From: a virus
Virus record (IMG/VR): IMGVR_UViG_3300025108_004281
Location: 28,050 to 92,049 of that record
Direction: 5' to 3' (one strand)
Length of the DNA stretch: 64,000 nt
The translations under genes were made by a program, and so were the position numbers. Shown in pieces: positions 9,433-21,305 of the stretch (position 1 is the first letter of the stretch; each line of letters opens with the position of its first letter). The notes beneath the pieces were generated by a model that saw only the letters and a list, made by a program, of their open reading frames with translations, was not told the DNA's origin and did no database searches.

Positions 9433-10101
9433 ATGAGTACAGAATACACTAAATGGACTGTAGATAGAATATTAGATACAGCACCAATTGAAACAGATAA
9501 ACTACACGTTATGGATGTAGAAAATTTTATGCACCCTGATTTGTACGCACAGGTACAAAATTGTATACCATGGAATCAATGGCAAAACGAGGAACTACCA
9601 GGTAGACATGGGTATCATATAGGTCCAGACGACCCACAAGAAGCATTGCAAATAGCCACAGAATATGTGTATAGAAACCAAGAGGTTTTAGATGCAATAG
9701 GTAATGTAATGAATATGTCAAGTAATGTAAACATCAATCAACCGTTTATGTGGATGGACACAAACAAAAATTCAGTACATGATGTTCACGTAGATCACCC
9801 TTCTTACTATTATACAGTTCAGCATTCATTAGCAGATACAGATGAATTTGCACACACAGGTACTATGTTTTGGGAGGTTGATTGTGCTTATGATCAAGCC
9901 ATAGACGAAGGACTAGATCCTACATTTGGCGAAGATAGTAAATTAGTACGAATGGGACACCAAATGCCTTATGTTCCTAATAGGGCATACATATTACCAA
10001 GAAGCAGTAAAGGTTGGCATAGTTGCCCGGACCTTACTGTAGAACCGGACACTATGCAAAGGGTTATGGTTTATTTAATTGCTACTCTTCAGAAAACTTA
10101 A
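9433..10101 (+). CDS. 2OG-Fe(II) oxygenase-like protein
   Basis: HVD...TGTMF...GWHS...R pattern (HxD...H triad plus 2OG-binding Arg). Confidence 0.7.
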   Translation: MSTEYTKWTVDRILDTAPIETDKLHVMDVENFMHPDLYAQVQNCIPWNQWQNEELPGRHGYHIGPDDPQEALQIATEYVYRNQEVLDAIGNVMNMSSNVNINQPFMWMDTNKNSVHDVHVDHPSYYYTVQHSLADTDEFAHTGTMFWEVDCAYDQAIDEGLDPTFGEDSKLVRMGHQMPYVPNRAYILPRSSKGWHSCPDLTVEPDTMQRVMVYLIATLQKT

Positions 10102-10831
10102 CTCTGTTCAAGTAAGTTTCAGCACCACGTGACATTTTGCCACTTGTATGATCTTTGACAAATGCAGTAATAGTAATGCTATCACCTACGTCAGCATTAG
10201 ACTTTTGTGAAAAGAATTTTACAATATTGGAGTTGCCTTCTTTGGCAACATACAAATAACTGTTACTTCTCCAAATAAATTTCTTGTGAAGTATTTCAAC
10301 ATTAAATGTTTCACGTTCATGTAGTCTTCCAACATGCTGACTTTGTTGTGCAAGTTCTTTTTCCATTTTGTTAAATGCACGTTGCTTTTGTCCGTTTTCA
10401 TATACACTAGGCAAACTTGCAATAATACCAATGTCCTTGTATTGAACAAATTCCTTATTAATAAGTCCTAGGATCGATTTTTCAAAGTCACTGATGTCAC
10501 GTTTGATTGCTTTTAGACTTAGGCCTTTGAAATATTTAATCATATGCTCAACATTTTCGCTATCGCTTTCAACAACTGAGATATCATTGTAATAGGTATC
10601 TAGTGTTTTATCAATACGAGATGTTTTGAATTTTTCAATACCTAAGTGGTTATTGATAATAAACAGGTTAGGCAATTTCTTTTGATAACCGTTTTCATCT
10701 TCTTCGATGTTGGCATCCTTTTTGATGTAACCACCATTTACTCTGTTTACTGCTACTGACAATGAAAGAAGATCAGTAAGACTATACTGATCCTCAAACC
10801 ATTTACCTGTTCTTGCTTTCTTAATATTCAT
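10082..10831 (-). CDS. Hypothetical protein with possible C-terminal OB fold
   Basis: 249 aa; C-terminal VGDSITITAFVKDH...TYLNRVK. Confidence 0.6.
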   Translation of the reverse strand: MNIKKARTGKWFEDQYSLTDLLSLSVAVNRVNGGYIKKDANIEEDENGYQKKLPNLFIINNHLGIEKFKTSRIDKTLDTYYNDISVVESDSENVEHMIKYFKGLSLKAIKRDISDFEKSILGLINKEFVQYKDIGIIASLPSVYENGQKQRAFNKMEKELAQQSQHVGRLHERETFNVEILHKKFIWRSNSYLYVAKEGNSNIVKFFSQKSNADVGDSITITAFVKDHTSGKMSRGAETYLNRVKFSEE

Positions 10832-11088
10832 TAAGCGGCCTCTATCATTGAAAGTGGAACACTATATGAACGGCCTCGCATATCTACAATAGCCTTCTTA
10901 ACATTCACTTTGGTAATAACACCAGGTGTGCGTTTTGTTTTTTGAACAACAAATACATTGTCGCCGACACTTAGACTTGCTTTAGCATTAAGTGTTTTAA
11001 CAGAATTGGTAAATGCACTTAGTTCGTTAAGTTCTGACAAACTAAAGTTACCGTTTTTAATTGCTTGTTTAATTTCTAAAAGTTCCAT
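10831..11088 (-). CDS. Small hypothetical protein (SH3/KOW-like C-terminus)
   Basis: LSVGDNVFV...GVITKVNVKKAIV pattern; coupled to neighbours. Confidence 0.6.
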   Translation of the reverse strand: MELLEIKQAIKNGNFSLSELNELSAFTNSVKTLNAKASLSVGDNVFVVQKTKRTPGVITKVNVKKAIVDMRGRSYSVPLSMIEAA

Positions 11089-11462
11089 TACACATTCCTC
11101 AAAACATATCTACCTTCAACAACATCATCTCTGAAACTGCCATCTTTGTTTCTACCAGGTGATGTACTTGCATGAATAACATTTGAATAATCTGCAGGGT
11201 TGATACCTGTTCTAGCATAAACACTATCACATACTCTTTTCACCATCACATTTCTGTGAGCAGTATTGACACCAGTTGGATATTCGCTACCTTCTGGGTG
11301 ATCAATGTTTTCTTCGTGATTGTACCACATGCTTTCTAATCCAGTAAGTTGGATATTGTAACTAGGCAATGCCTTGTCAATCAAAGTAAGCGAACTAATC
11401 CAGTAACCTAGTGGTGCTGTAATTTTATCTTTGCTTTGATTTGTTGTATTTAAGTTTTGCAT
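11088..11462 (-). CDS. Early hypothetical protein
   Basis: AGGAGG SD, downstream of a consensus sigma70 promoter. Confidence 0.7.
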   Translation of the reverse strand: MQNLNTTNQSKDKITAPLGYWISSLTLIDKALPSYNIQLTGLESMWYNHEENIDHPEGSEYPTGVNTAHRNVMVKRVCDSVYARTGINPADYSNVIHASTSPGRNKDGSFRDDVVEGRYVLRNV

Positions 11463-11502
11463 AAAGACCTCCTACCGTCTGTTTTTGCTAAATTATGTAT
11501 AT

Positions 11503-11531
11503 ATTATAGCAAATTCTAGGGTCGAGGTCAA
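11503..11531 (-). promoter_or_regulatory. sigma70-type early promoter
   Basis: TTGACC-N17-TATAAT with extended -10 TG. Confidence 0.8.
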
Positions 11532-12124
11532 CCGGTTTTTACAATTAAATTGTATATTTCTTCCCAGTTTTTACATACACTTGCATCACCTTTGTAATGC
11601 ATATTGTGTCCATGTTCAACTAAGATACCTTTTAGACCAGCATCTATGCCCCAATCAACATTCTGTGGCTTGTCTTCAATCCAGTATGCTCCAGGATATT
11701 TTTTACCAAACTCTAGTAATATTTCATCCTTGTCTGCACCTGTATCTAAACAAATAACTTCTTTAAAACAGTCGTCACCAAACAGTTTATTCAAGTTCTT
11801 AGTTCTAAGTTCTTGTGCATAAGGGTCTAAACTCAAACTTGTAATTGCTACAAATTGATATTGATGTTGCTCATGTAACTTTTTAACAAAGTATTGAGCA
11901 TCTCTAAGTGGAGGCAAAAATCCAATTGCCGCACTTTCATTAAAATTTTTAATTACTTGATCACCAGTAGAGTCGTTTCTAAGATCAAACTTTTCTCTAA
12001 TGCTGTAATGTAATCTGTGATTTTCTACTGGGAAGTGTCCTCTGTGTTCCATCCAATTATGGAATGCAAACTCCCAATCTAATACCACACCGTCGCAGTC
12101 TGTTAATATAACTTTATTTTTCAT
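11528..12124 (-). CDS. HAD-superfamily 5'(3')-deoxyribonucleotidase-like phosphatase
   Basis: Motif I DCDGV and motif IV WIEDK; ATG 12124 lies just after a TTGACA-N17-TATAAT promoter (12131-12159). Confidence 0.8.
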   Translation of the reverse strand: MKNKVILTDCDGVVLDWEFAFHNWMEHRGHFPVENHRLHYSIREKFDLRNDSTGDQVIKNFNESAAIGFLPPLRDAQYFVKKLHEQHQYQFVAITSLSLDPYAQELRTKNLNKLFGDDCFKEVICLDTGADKDEILLEFGKKYPGAYWIEDKPQNVDWGIDAGLKGILVEHGHNMHYKGDASVCKNWEEIYNLIVKTG

Positions 12125-12162
12125 ACATGTATTATACATTCTTTTATCCTCTGTGTCAAGTC

Positions 12163-12190
12163 AAAAGAAAAGCGACCGAAGCCGCTTTTC
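12163..12190 (-). terminator. Rho-independent terminator
   Basis: AAAAGCGGC-UUCG-GUCGCUUUU hairpin plus U-tract after the structural gene. Confidence 0.8.
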
Positions 12191-12223
12191 CAATGTTTAT
12201 TTTGATTAGTCTAAACTAAACGA

Positions 12224-13972
12224 TTAAACAACATACTTGTATTCAACAACACCTGTTACAACACCTGCTGTAGGTGTAGCACTTGTTGATCCGTCACTTT
12301 GAACGAACTCAAGTTGTACTGCCGCATTTTTAGTTAGCGAACTTGCAAAAGGTAAGTCAATAACATAAGTTCCAACTGCAACGTCGTTAGTTGTATGAGC
12401 CGCTAGTACATTACCTGCACCTGCGTTATCTTTAACTAACATACCGTCAACTGAACCACCTGCTATCAATGTTGTAACATTAAGAATCACTCTACTTGCG
12501 TAATATGTTCTTCCTGATACGTTAGGTACAGTACCTATATCAAAAGAAGAGTCACTGCTGTTTGCTGTGAAACTTGCTCTTAATGTAAGACCGTCACCAC
12601 CGTTGTTATCAACATAGTCTTTAACTGCCGCTGATGTTGGTAAAGTAGTATCGTTATCGTTACTACTAATTCCGTCTGCTTCATCAACGAACTTAGTTAC
12701 TGCAATACTTTCACCACTGTCAGTTAATGTACCAAAAGATACAATTCCTGAAGCAGTTACGTTTACTAGTCCAGTAGCACTACCAGAATTAATAGAAGCA
12801 GTTCCGTCTGTTAATGTACCACCTTGTAGTGATCCACTAAATGTACCTGCTGTCATATCTGATAATGTTTGATCCATTGCAAAAGTAACGTCATCATTTG
12901 TGTTACTTGAAGTAATGTTTCTTCCACCTAATAGTTTTAACTTGTCACTTGCTAATGCAACTACGTTATCAGCCGCATCATCTGACTGGATAGTCAATGA
13001 TGTTGCAATTGATACTTCTGCCGCCGCTGTTATACGACCTTGTGCATCAACTGTAAAAGTTGCTACATTAGAAGCATCACCGTAATCACCTGCTGTAACG
13101 GCTGTATTATCTAAACCTAATGTTACACTACTTGCGCCGGAGGCTGAAGTTATTCCAGTTCCACCTGCGATAGTTAATGTACCAGTATCTAAGTCTAGAG
13201 TTCTTCCTGTACCGTCGTCACCAGTAAATGCTAAGTCATCGTCTCTGTCTAAGCCATCGACGTATGCTTTCATTTCAGTGTTAGCAGTATTTACATACGT
13301 GAGCATGTTACTGTTTGCTGTTGTAATAGTACTGTTTAAAGTAGTAACTTCGCCATCAACATAAGCCTTCACACTTTGTTGAGTTGGTACAGCAGTAGCA
13401 CTATCTGAAGACATATTATCTTCATCTAGGAATGCTGTGATTGACGCACCACTGGCACCAGTAAAACTAGAACCTGTGATTCCAGCCGCCTGCATGTCAG
13501 CCGCAGTATAAGTTAAAGCACCTGTTGAAGAACCTGTGAAAGATCCTGTTCCAAATACTACTTTATCTGCTGATTCGTCCCAACCTAAAAATACGTTGTC
13601 GCTGTCGCCTCTTTCGATAACAAGACCGACGTCGTTTGAAGGTGTACCAGTTGTGCCTGTTCCTAATTCTAGTAAGGCATCACTGATTGTTGTATTAGTT
13701 GAACTAACAGTTGTGGTTGCACCATTAACCGTTAAGTCACCTGTAATGACTGCGTCACCGTTAACAGTAACACTACTTGATGTTATATCGTCTGAAAGTA
13801 ATGATCCTTGAACGTCAACGTTGGCGGCTCTAATAGCCTTAAGTGTTGAACCATCTGACCCTGTGAATTCGTATCTATCATTAGCACTTACCCACTTAAA
13901 TCGTCCACCACCTTTGCCAAGTTGTACATCGTTGGATATACCTTTTAGACCAAAATTCTTTACATCTGCCAT
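12224..13972 (-). CDS. Virion structural protein (fibre/baseplate-like)
   Basis: T/S/G/D-rich, repeated PTQQSVKAYVD/PTSAAVKDYVD motifs; AAGGAG SD before MADVKNFG; late promoter 14069-14076. Confidence 0.7.
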   Translation of the reverse strand: MADVKNFGLKGISNDVQLGKGGGRFKWVSANDRYEFTGSDGSTLKAIRAANVDVQGSLLSDDITSSSVTVNGDAVITGDLTVNGATTTVSSTNTTISDALLELGTGTTGTPSNDVGLVIERGDSDNVFLGWDESADKVVFGTGSFTGSSTGALTYTAADMQAAGITGSSFTGASGASITAFLDEDNMSSDSATAVPTQQSVKAYVDGEVTTLNSTITTANSNMLTYVNTANTEMKAYVDGLDRDDDLAFTGDDGTGRTLDLDTGTLTIAGGTGITSASGASSVTLGLDNTAVTAGDYGDASNVATFTVDAQGRITAAAEVSIATSLTIQSDDAADNVVALASDKLKLLGGRNITSSNTNDDVTFAMDQTLSDMTAGTFSGSLQGGTLTDGTASINSGSATGLVNVTASGIVSFGTLTDSGESIAVTKFVDEADGISSNDNDTTLPTSAAVKDYVDNNGGDGLTLRASFTANSSDSSFDIGTVPNVSGRTYYASRVILNVTTLIAGGSVDGMLVKDNAGAGNVLAAHTTNDVAVGTYVIDLPFASSLTKNAAVQLEFVQSDGSTSATPTAGVVTGVVEYKYVV

Positions 13973-14127
13973 TTTGATTTTCTCCTTGGAGTTTTTGAGG
14001 GTATTCAACTCCCTCTTTCAATTTTTACATTGTTCCGGAATAATGTGTGTTGATGTATTGTGTACTACTATTTATCTTTGAACCAGAAAAACTGGCCTTT
14101 AAATACCTTAAAATTTCTGTGCTTTTT

Positions 14128-16140
14128 TTAAACGTATGTGACTTTAACAGTGGCATTACCGGCTGTTGCGCCGTAATGATTGATTCTGAAGTTTACTTCT
14201 AATTCATCTGTATTAGAAGAAGGCCATACATACTCTGGATTTGTTATGTATCCGCCTGCTGAGCCAGGATCGTTATCGTCCTGTCCATGTAAGAAATCTG
14301 TATCTACTGTGGTACCAACTTCCATTGTGGCTTCTTGTGAACCACCTGTGAATGCTGTGTGTACTTCGACACTAACACTTTGTATTTTACCACCTGGCGA
14401 TACATTACCTAAGTCATAATTTTGACTGTTACCAAAGCCTCCTACTGGTGCTGTTACGTTGTATGTGAGCGTCTGTGCGTCGGTATTAGCACTATCCTGG
14501 TCACTTACCTTAGTCCAACTACTACCATCATATAAGTATAATGCCCACTCACCAACACCGTTATCTATAACGTATGCTTGGTCACCTGTTGTAGGTGATA
14601 GTGAATTTCTAGCACTTATATCTGATACTACTGTTACACTAGCACTTCTAATACCTTGTTCTACATTCATTGCTAATGGGAACATTCCATTGTGTACACT
14701 GAAAATACCTGCGTTGTTTTCAAAGTTACCTGTGCTATCGTAAATATCAATTGGCCCACCATCAGTTCTAGTAAGTTTTAGTTTACTACCTGTACTTGCT
14801 GATGTAAAAGAAGGTAACCCAGAAACATTACTACTACCTACAAATGGATTACCGTTAGTATCATTAGAATTATTAAAGATGTTTATAGCATTACCGTTTG
14901 CTTCTGTGAGTGTTAATGCACTACTAGTAAATGTAGCAGTCAAATTAGGAATACTTGCGGCATTAATATCTGTTGCCATGTCTTCTGGAATAGCAACTGC
15001 TATACCGTATGCACTTTGTCCTGCGGCATTAGTAGTAAAGTTTACTGTTGTATTACCACTACCGCCATTAAAAATAGCACTAAATGTTGTATAACCGCCA
15101 ACTAGTCCGTATGCTGTTCCACTAGCACTTGAAGTCACAGTTGTTGGTGCCGGTGATGTATCTGCTGTTATACTTGTACCACTAAGTCCATTTATTTGAC
15201 TTACAGTTTCTGATAATGTACTACTAAAGCCTGCTCCATTAAATGTGTGACTTACACCATTAAATTTAACAACTGTACCATCTGGTATTGTTGGGTTTAT
15301 TGCTGAACCAGTTGTGCTTGTTTCTACAGCATTAGCAATCTTTAAGAACATTATTTTACCTGTATCAGATGTAGTTAAGTCTCCATCTGTATCTGCGTAA
15401 ATAAAATCTCCTGCTGAACCTGGTATTGCTGGTACAAAGTCTATAATTCTGTTATTAGGTGACACCATAAATGCGTTAGGTCCTGGGCCATTCTCTACTA
15501 CAACACCAAAACTCTTACTTACTAGAGCGGCATTTGCCTTAACAAAATCTCCTGTATCACTGACTGCTATAACATCACCTACACTAAAACCGTGTGCTGT
15601 CTTTTCTAATAAGTAATTTAATTGTGGATTTAAGTATTGAAATCTACTGTTTACGTTTGCGTAAAAGTCCGAACTAACAATACCAGTTGGAAGTGGATCT
15701 AACATTGGGTGTCCACTTTCGTTTAGTGTGAACACTACAGCACTACCACTATTGAATATACCAAGTCCTGTATTACTTTTAAATGTATTGTAACGTGCTA
15801 CGTCTTCAACAACACATGTTACTGAACTAGCACTTTTGCTGTCAACTGAAATAATTTTTAAACACTTACCGTCAGTTGCTCCTGCTACCCAGTCGCCAAC
15901 TGCTACATCAAGTCCGTTAAACTCTCTGTCTTTTCTTGTTAAGTGAGAACCATGTGATTGAGATGTAACTGAAAACACAATAGTCCATTGATAATTTTTT
16001 GGGGAACTACCACCTGAGTACCATCTGTCTGCTGAACCGTTAGCATGTGGCCATACAGTTTTACCAGTAATGCTAGTTACATTAACACCTAAAACTTTAT
16101 TTGGTACATTGAGTTCTATTTGACTAGTCTTATAAGACAT
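14128..16140 (-). CDS. Virion structural protein
   Basis: 670 aa, G/S/T-rich, co-transcribed with the collagen fibre gene. Confidence 0.65.
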   Translation of the reverse strand: MSYKTSQIELNVPNKVLGVNVTSITGKTVWPHANGSADRWYSGGSSPKNYQWTIVFSVTSQSHGSHLTRKDREFNGLDVAVGDWVAGATDGKCLKIISVDSKSASSVTCVVEDVARYNTFKSNTGLGIFNSGSAVVFTLNESGHPMLDPLPTGIVSSDFYANVNSRFQYLNPQLNYLLEKTAHGFSVGDVIAVSDTGDFVKANAALVSKSFGVVVENGPGPNAFMVSPNNRIIDFVPAIPGSAGDFIYADTDGDLTTSDTGKIMFLKIANAVETSTTGSAINPTIPDGTVVKFNGVSHTFNGAGFSSTLSETVSQINGLSGTSITADTSPAPTTVTSSASGTAYGLVGGYTTFSAIFNGGSGNTTVNFTTNAAGQSAYGIAVAIPEDMATDINAASIPNLTATFTSSALTLTEANGNAINIFNNSNDTNGNPFVGSSNVSGLPSFTSASTGSKLKLTRTDGGPIDIYDSTGNFENNAGIFSVHNGMFPLAMNVEQGIRSASVTVVSDISARNSLSPTTGDQAYVIDNGVGEWALYLYDGSSWTKVSDQDSANTDAQTLTYNVTAPVGGFGNSQNYDLGNVSPGGKIQSVSVEVHTAFTGGSQEATMEVGTTVDTDFLHGQDDNDPGSAGGYITNPEYVWPSSNTDELEVNFRINHYGATAGNATVKVTYV

Positions 16141-16144
16141 AGTA

Positions 16145-19100
16145 TTACTCCGCCATCACAAACGTAATCCAAGCATGGGTGCTTGTTCCAAACGATCTAC
16201 TTGCTCCTGTTATCGCTTCTGTGACTTTCAAGTCTACGTTAGCATCACTTGAGAAACTTCCAAATGCTGTTGGAGATCCACTGCTTCCGCCGCCGTCTAC
16301 TGTTCTTGTTGTCCAGTCACCACTAACAGCATTCATGCTGTATTTGTTTGACGCATATTGATAACCATGGGCCATAATTGCTACTGGTGGATAATCAAAT
16401 CCTGTAAACTGTACTTCAATCTCAGCACCTGTATCGCTGGTAATTGTTGTAGCATTAATGCCTGCTGTAGTATCTGATATACTTGATAGTGCGCCTGACG
16501 TACTGTAATTGAGTTTCATTCTTTCATAAGTGTTACCACGTGTTACGGAACCGCCGCCTCCGCCGCCACCTGGCTCACCTTTTTGTCCTTTATCTCCAGC
16601 CGCACCATCTGATCCATCTGCTCCATCTGATCCTGCTGGTCCTTGTGGACCTGCTACTGTACTTGGTTCACCCTTAGCACCTGTTGGTCCTTGTGGACCT
16701 GTTGGACCTGCATTACCGTCACTACCTGCTGTACCCTGTGGTCCAGTGTCACCTTTTTGTCCTTTATCACCTGTCGGTCCAGTTGGGCCACCTAATTCAC
16801 CTTTGTCACCCTTACTTCCTGTTGGACCTACTGGTCCTACGTTACCTTGAGGTCCTGTTGGTCCTGTAGCACCTGCTGAACCCTGTGGACCTACTTCACC
16901 TTTAGTACCCTGTCCACCCTGTGGTCCAGTTGCACCTTGTGGTCCTAATTCTCCTTTTTGTCCTTTGGCTCCATCGTTACCAGCATCTCCCTGAGGACCT
17001 GTTGGACCTGCTGGTCCTGTTGCTCCTGCTGGTCCTGTTGGACCTGCTACTGTACTATCAGCACCTGTGGCTCCCTTCTGTCCTTGAGCACCTTGAGGTC
17101 CTGTGGCACCTTGAGCACCAGTTGAACCTTGTGGACCTATATCACCTTTTGATCCTTGTGGACCTGTTGGACCTGCTACACCTTGAGCACCAGTTGTACC
17201 TTGAGCACCTGTGGCTCCAGTTTCACCTTTTTGTCCAGTATCACCTTTTTGTCCTTTATCTCCTGCTGATGAGGCCGCTACCCATGAACTATCATAATAA
17301 ATGTATAGATCACCGTCATCACTTGCCCACCATAAGTCGCCTTCAGAGCCACCACTTGGGGAAACATTTGCAACGGCAACTGAGGCATCAACACTATCTA
17401 ATGCTGAACTTATATCAACATTACTACTACCGCCACTAATTGAAATGACATTACCTGTCATACTTAGTGTTTGGTTAGTACCAGCACCTATTTCACCTTT
17501 TTGTCCTTGTGGTCCAGTTGCTCCAACTTCACCTTTATCTCCAGCAGTTCCTTGTGGTCCTGTTGGTCCTGCATCTCCTTGAGGTCCTGTTGCTCCAGTG
17601 GCTCCTTTATCTCCGGCAGTTCCTTGTGGTCCTTGTGGGCCAACTTCGCCTTTTGCTCCATCGTTTCCTGCTGGTCCAGTTGCACCTGCTGGTCCTGTTG
17701 GTCCAACATCTCCTTGTGCACCTTTATCTCCAGTTGCACCAGTTGTTCCCTGGGCACCTTGATCTCCTTTTGAACCTTTGTCTCCATTGGCTCCTGCAGG
17801 TCCTGTATTACCTACATTTCCTTGTGGACCTGTGGCTCCTGTTGCGCCAGTCTCTCCTACTTCACCCTTTTGTCCTTTTGCCCCATCACTACCTGCTGGG
17901 CCAGTTGCTCCAGTATCACCTTTGACTCCTGAACCTGAACCGGTAGCATCGATTGTAATTGTTTGAGCATTGCTATCTGCTGATATTGTTGCATTAGCAC
18001 CTGCTATAAATGTTAATTGGTCTGCGGCTACATTTGCTACTACACTATTACCACCTTGTACACTTACAGTTTTAAATGCTTCGCCGGCTCCACCGCCTCC
18101 GCCACTGCCTGTGTTATTAATTGTAATAGTATCAGTACTTGCATCAGCAGTAATCGAAATACCGCTACCTGCTACAAAATTTAATGTATCTTGATTATTT
18201 TCTGCAATAATTAAGTCTTGTCCAGCAACACTAATATTTTTAAATATACCATCATTTAGTTGGGTATTATTAATTGTTACTGTATCGCCTGTAACTGATG
18301 TTGTTATACCTGTACCACCAACAATATTAAATGTATCGTCTTTGGCACTAGCATCTGTTGAACCTGAATCGCCTGTAAAACTCTTATAATATCTTAATGC
18401 AGATACATTAGAGGTAATTGCTGTATTAACTTCTGCTTTAGTGTACTTGTCAATACTACTATCATTTAATGTAGCATCAATTATAATTGAATCTGTTCCT
18501 GGATTAGCAGTAAAACTTACATTACTACCGCTAACTAAATTTAATGTATCATTATTGTTATCTGCAATAAGAAGTGTGCCATCTACATCGACGTTTTTAA
18601 ATACGCCTGTGATAGCATCTGTTTTTGAAATCTGTATAGTATTGTTGGCTGTATATTGATTTACATCAATACCTGTTCCGCCCTCAAATCTAATTGCGTG
18701 GGTGGCACTTGTGGCACTGATTGTATTTGCTGAGCCAACACTAGTAACTGTGCTTATAGCATTTTGTAATTGTGCTGATGCAATATTGGCATCAACTTCT
18801 GCTTTGCTGTAAACACCTAAATTTGTTCTTGCTGTTGCGGCATCTGGTAAGTCACTTAAATTATTTGTTTTGTTGACTGCGTTTGCTAATGTTGCCGCTG
18901 TAATAATAGTTGAGCCATCTTCTAATCTAATGGCCGAGTCTGCTGTTCCTCTAAATCTGTTTGCAAATATATTTAAATATTTGTAATTGCTGTTACCAAT
19001 GTCATATGACATTGTTGTATCTGGTGCACTTGTGGCACTCTTAGGAATATAATTTGCTAAGTTGGCAGTTAGTTGACTAGCAGTTAAACCACCAGTTTGT

Positions 19101-19822
19101 AATGTTGTCCAACTAACACCACCTGAACCATTTGTTACAAGTACTTGTCCGTTAGTACCATCTGATGTTGGTAATGTAAATGCGTTAGCAAATGTTGTAC
19201 TTCTATTAGAATTTATTTTTAATGCTGGTGTTGTACTACTTGCACTACCTACATAAAATACAGTACTGTTTGCACTTCTAACTTCAATATGACCATCTGT
19301 GCTTTTTGTTCCTAATATTAAACTATGTTGTGAACTAAGTTCTACATCTGCGGCATCGTTTGAACTAATAACAAATCTTGTTTTAGCATCAAATCCTGCA
19401 CTTTGACTGTTAGTAGGATAGTTTGCGTTATTTAATATACCTGCGTATGCTGTGATATTAGCATTATCACCAAAGTTTCTACCTGAGAAGATATTTGTAT
19501 TGCCATTCACATTGTGAATGCTTAATGGTGTTGGTAGTGTATATGCTGTTGAGGAAACAGTAATAACGTTTGCAGATTCAGTTACAGTTGTTGCACCTGA
19601 GCCTTGTATCTTTTTAAAGTTTAATTGTGAACCGTCTTTTGCTGAGAATAGTCCAATGCCTGAAGCACCAACATTAGCACCACCAGTAACGGCGGCATTG
19701 GCATCTGAAGACAAACTATCTTGTGCTACAAAAATTCCTTGTGCAGAATCGTAAACTAGGATCTGATTATCGGTGATCCCGTCTATATTAAAAGTTAAAT
19801 TATCTCCTGTTACATTTGGCAT
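16145..19822 (-). CDS. Collagen-like tail/head fibre protein
   Basis: Two long Gly-X-Y tracts and about five DTLNxVAGxGI-type shaft repeats; late promoter 19854-19861. Confidence 0.85.
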   Translation of the reverse strand: MPNVTGDNLTFNIDGITDNQILVYDSAQGIFVAQDSLSSDANAAVTGGANVGASGIGLFSAKDGSQLNFKKIQGSGATTVTESANVITVSSTAYTLPTPLSIHNVNGNTNIFSGRNFGDNANITAYAGILNNANYPTNSQSAGFDAKTRFVISSNDAADVELSSQHSLILGTKSTDGHIEVRSANSTVFYVGSASSTTPALKINSNRSTTFANAFTLPTSDGTNGQVLVTNGSGGVSWTTLQTGGLTASQLTANLANYIPKSATSAPDTTMSYDIGNSNYKYLNIFANRFRGTADSAIRLEDGSTIITAATLANAVNKTNNLSDLPDAATARTNLGVYSKAEVDANIASAQLQNAISTVTSVGSANTISATSATHAIRFEGGTGIDVNQYTANNTIQISKTDAITGVFKNVDVDGTLLIADNNNDTLNLVSGSNVSFTANPGTDSIIIDATLNDSSIDKYTKAEVNTAITSNVSALRYYKSFTGDSGSTDASAKDDTFNIVGGTGITTSVTGDTVTINNTQLNDGIFKNISVAGQDLIIAENNQDTLNFVAGSGISITADASTDTITINNTGSGGGGGAGEAFKTVSVQGGNSVVANVAADQLTFIAGANATISADSNAQTITIDATGSGSGVKGDTGATGPAGSDGAKGQKGEVGETGATGATGPQGNVGNTGPAGANGDKGSKGDQGAQGTTGATGDKGAQGDVGPTGPAGATGPAGNDGAKGEVGPQGPQGTAGDKGATGATGPQGDAGPTGPQGTAGDKGEVGATGPQGQKGEIGAGTNQTLSMTGNVISISGGSSNVDISSALDSVDASVAVANVSPSGGSEGDLWWASDDGDLYIYYDSSWVAASSAGDKGQKGDTGQKGETGATGAQGTTGAQGVAGPTGPQGSKGDIGPQGSTGAQGATGPQGAQGQKGATGADSTVAGPTGPAGATGPAGPTGPQGDAGNDGAKGQKGELGPQGATGPQGGQGTKGEVGPQGSAGATGPTGPQGNVGPVGPTGSKGDKGELGGPTGPTGDKGQKGDTGPQGTAGSDGNAGPTGPQGPTGAKGEPSTVAGPQGPAGSDGADGSDGAAGDKGQKGEPGGGGGGGSVTRGNTYERMKLNYSTSGALSSISDTTAGINATTITSDTGAEIEVQFTGFDYPPVAIMAHGYQYASNKYSMNAVSGDWTTRTVDGGGSSGSPTAFGSFSSDANVDLKVTEAITGASRSFGTSTHAWITFVMAE
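16563..17930 (-). repeat. Collagen Gly-X-Y coding repeats (two blocks split near 17280-17480)
   Basis: GPTGPQG/GDKGQKG/GATGPAG repeats with 9-nt periodicity. Confidence 0.9.
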
Positions 19823-19873
19823 AGTATTCCTATTCTAATTTGCAATTATAATGTATTTATCAACTAAGTTGAT

Positions 19874-20233
19874 TTAATTGCTTAATAAAATTTGTGAGAT
19901 ACTACCGTAAGATGACTCGTATGTACTACCATCGCCGACTCCTGTTCTATCTAGAACGGCTCTTAGGTATACATAATTACCCTTAAATGTGTGAATTTCT
20001 GTGCCTGTAGTTGCAGATGCTTTTTCAATTAGTTTAATATCTCCCCAATCGGCTGATTCAGGGGTTAATGATAGTGTGCCTTGCAGTTTAATCTTGCCTA
20101 CAAAAGCATTTAACTTTACACTAACGGAGTGAATTCCGTCCGTATAACCGAAATAACTATCTGCTTTGATTTTGTCGCCGGTTAAACTCATGTTATCGCT
20201 TGAGTTTCCTAGCATTTCTAATGTTCTTCTCAT
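19874..20233 (-). CDS. Late hypothetical (probably structural) protein
   Basis: Late promoter 20249-20256, GAGG SD before MRRTLEML. Confidence 0.6.
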   Translation of the reverse strand: MRRTLEMLGNSSDNMSLTGDKIKADSYFGYTDGIHSVSVKLNAFVGKIKLQGTLSLTPESADWGDIKLIEKASATTGTEIHTFKGNYVYLRAVLDRTGVGDGSTYESSYGSISQILLSN

Positions 20234-20282
20234 AAGTAGCCTCAATTGTATTTATCTCAATAAGGCACTTATGAGAATGTTG

Positions 20283-20756
20283 TTAAACTTGTTCGAGTCG
20301 AGTCATCAGTCTTTCAGCACGGTTAGTTACTTGTTTGTGCCATCTTGAATCTCTACCTTCCTTTGCGGCTTCTTTCCAATCTTCTTTTAGAATTGCGGCA
20401 TGCATTTTCTTAAACTTACTAAGTCTTGTACGACCCATGTTAAACATCATATTAACCAAGATTTGCTGGACCTCGTCTGGTAAGTCTCCAAACACCCCTT
20501 CTTCGTATAATAACTCACACTCAGATATTGCTGTGTCAAGGTCTCTTTCAAAACATTCTTTAACACGTTCTTCTGATACTGGTGTTCCAACTTCTGCTCC
20601 ATGCTCTGGATCGGTGTCGAGGACCAAATGCCCCACTCCAAAAGTCGGGTATCCCAAGTGGTCGAGGTAGATCTCATTGACTACTCCTTCATCTATTTTA
20701 AGTTGCTCAAAAACTGCTTCTCTATCTAATTTTGTGTCTCTTCCAAATAATCCCAT
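20283..20756 (-). CDS. T4-type lysozyme (GH24 endolysin)
   Basis: DEG...YLDHLGYPTFGVGHL catalytic region; NMMFNMG; SRWHKQVTNRA. Confidence 0.9.
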   Translation of the reverse strand: MGLFGRDTKLDREAVFEQLKIDEGVVNEIYLDHLGYPTFGVGHLVLDTDPEHGAEVGTPVSEERVKECFERDLDTAISECELLYEEGVFGDLPDEVQQILVNMMFNMGRTRLSKFKKMHAAILKEDWKEAAKEGRDSRWHKQVTNRAERLMTRLEQV

Positions 20757-21305
20757 TTATAATTCCTCTGTGGTAACAACTTTATATATTTCGCTATTAC
20801 CTACTGTTAATTGTAATTTAGCAACATCTTTTTTATTGGTCATGTAAACTGTTGATTTCCAACCATCACCAGTGTGTGTTACTTTTGCATCCATACTAAG
20901 TTTGCTAACTTTTTTAACCCAATCAATATTTGGCCAATACTTGTATGCTACATATCTATATTTATTAAAAAACAGTTGTCTTCTAAGTATTTGATTATTT
21001 GATGTAATAACATCATATTCTTCTTGCGAACGTATACCTTGTACACTAATTATACTATCTTTAAATTTTCTAATAAATTTTTTAGCAACTTTGCTATCTG
21101 AAAAATACACTGAATAATTTTTGTGCCATGCAAATTTCATTGTGTCCCAGCAGTACTGATTTTGAAATTTGTATATTTCTTCTAATACCATAGGATCGTG
21201 TATAAGCCAATTGCCTTTTACTTCTGCTTTGATATGATACTTATTCCACCATAATTTAAATGATGGCCGGATATCTATACCGGAAACAGTATTGCCTAAA
21301 TTCAT
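20757..21305 (-). CDS. Hypothetical protein
   Basis: 182-aa basic ORF between clpA and lysozyme. Confidence 0.65.
   Translation of the reverse strand: MNLGNTVSGIDIRPSFKLWWNKYHIKAEVKGNWLIHDPMVLEEIYKFQNQYCWDTMKFAWHKNYSVYFSDSKVAKKFIRKFKDSIISVQGIRSQEEYDVITSNNQILRRQLFFNKYRYVAYKYWPNIDWVKKVSKLSMDAKVTHTGDGWKSTVYMTNKKDVAKLQLTVGNSEIYKVVTTEEL

Noticed and set aside
16530-18194. Multiple plus-strand and alternate-frame ORFs over the collagen region
   Set aside because: Shadow ORFs caused by Gly-X-Y codon periodicity; no SD or promoter.
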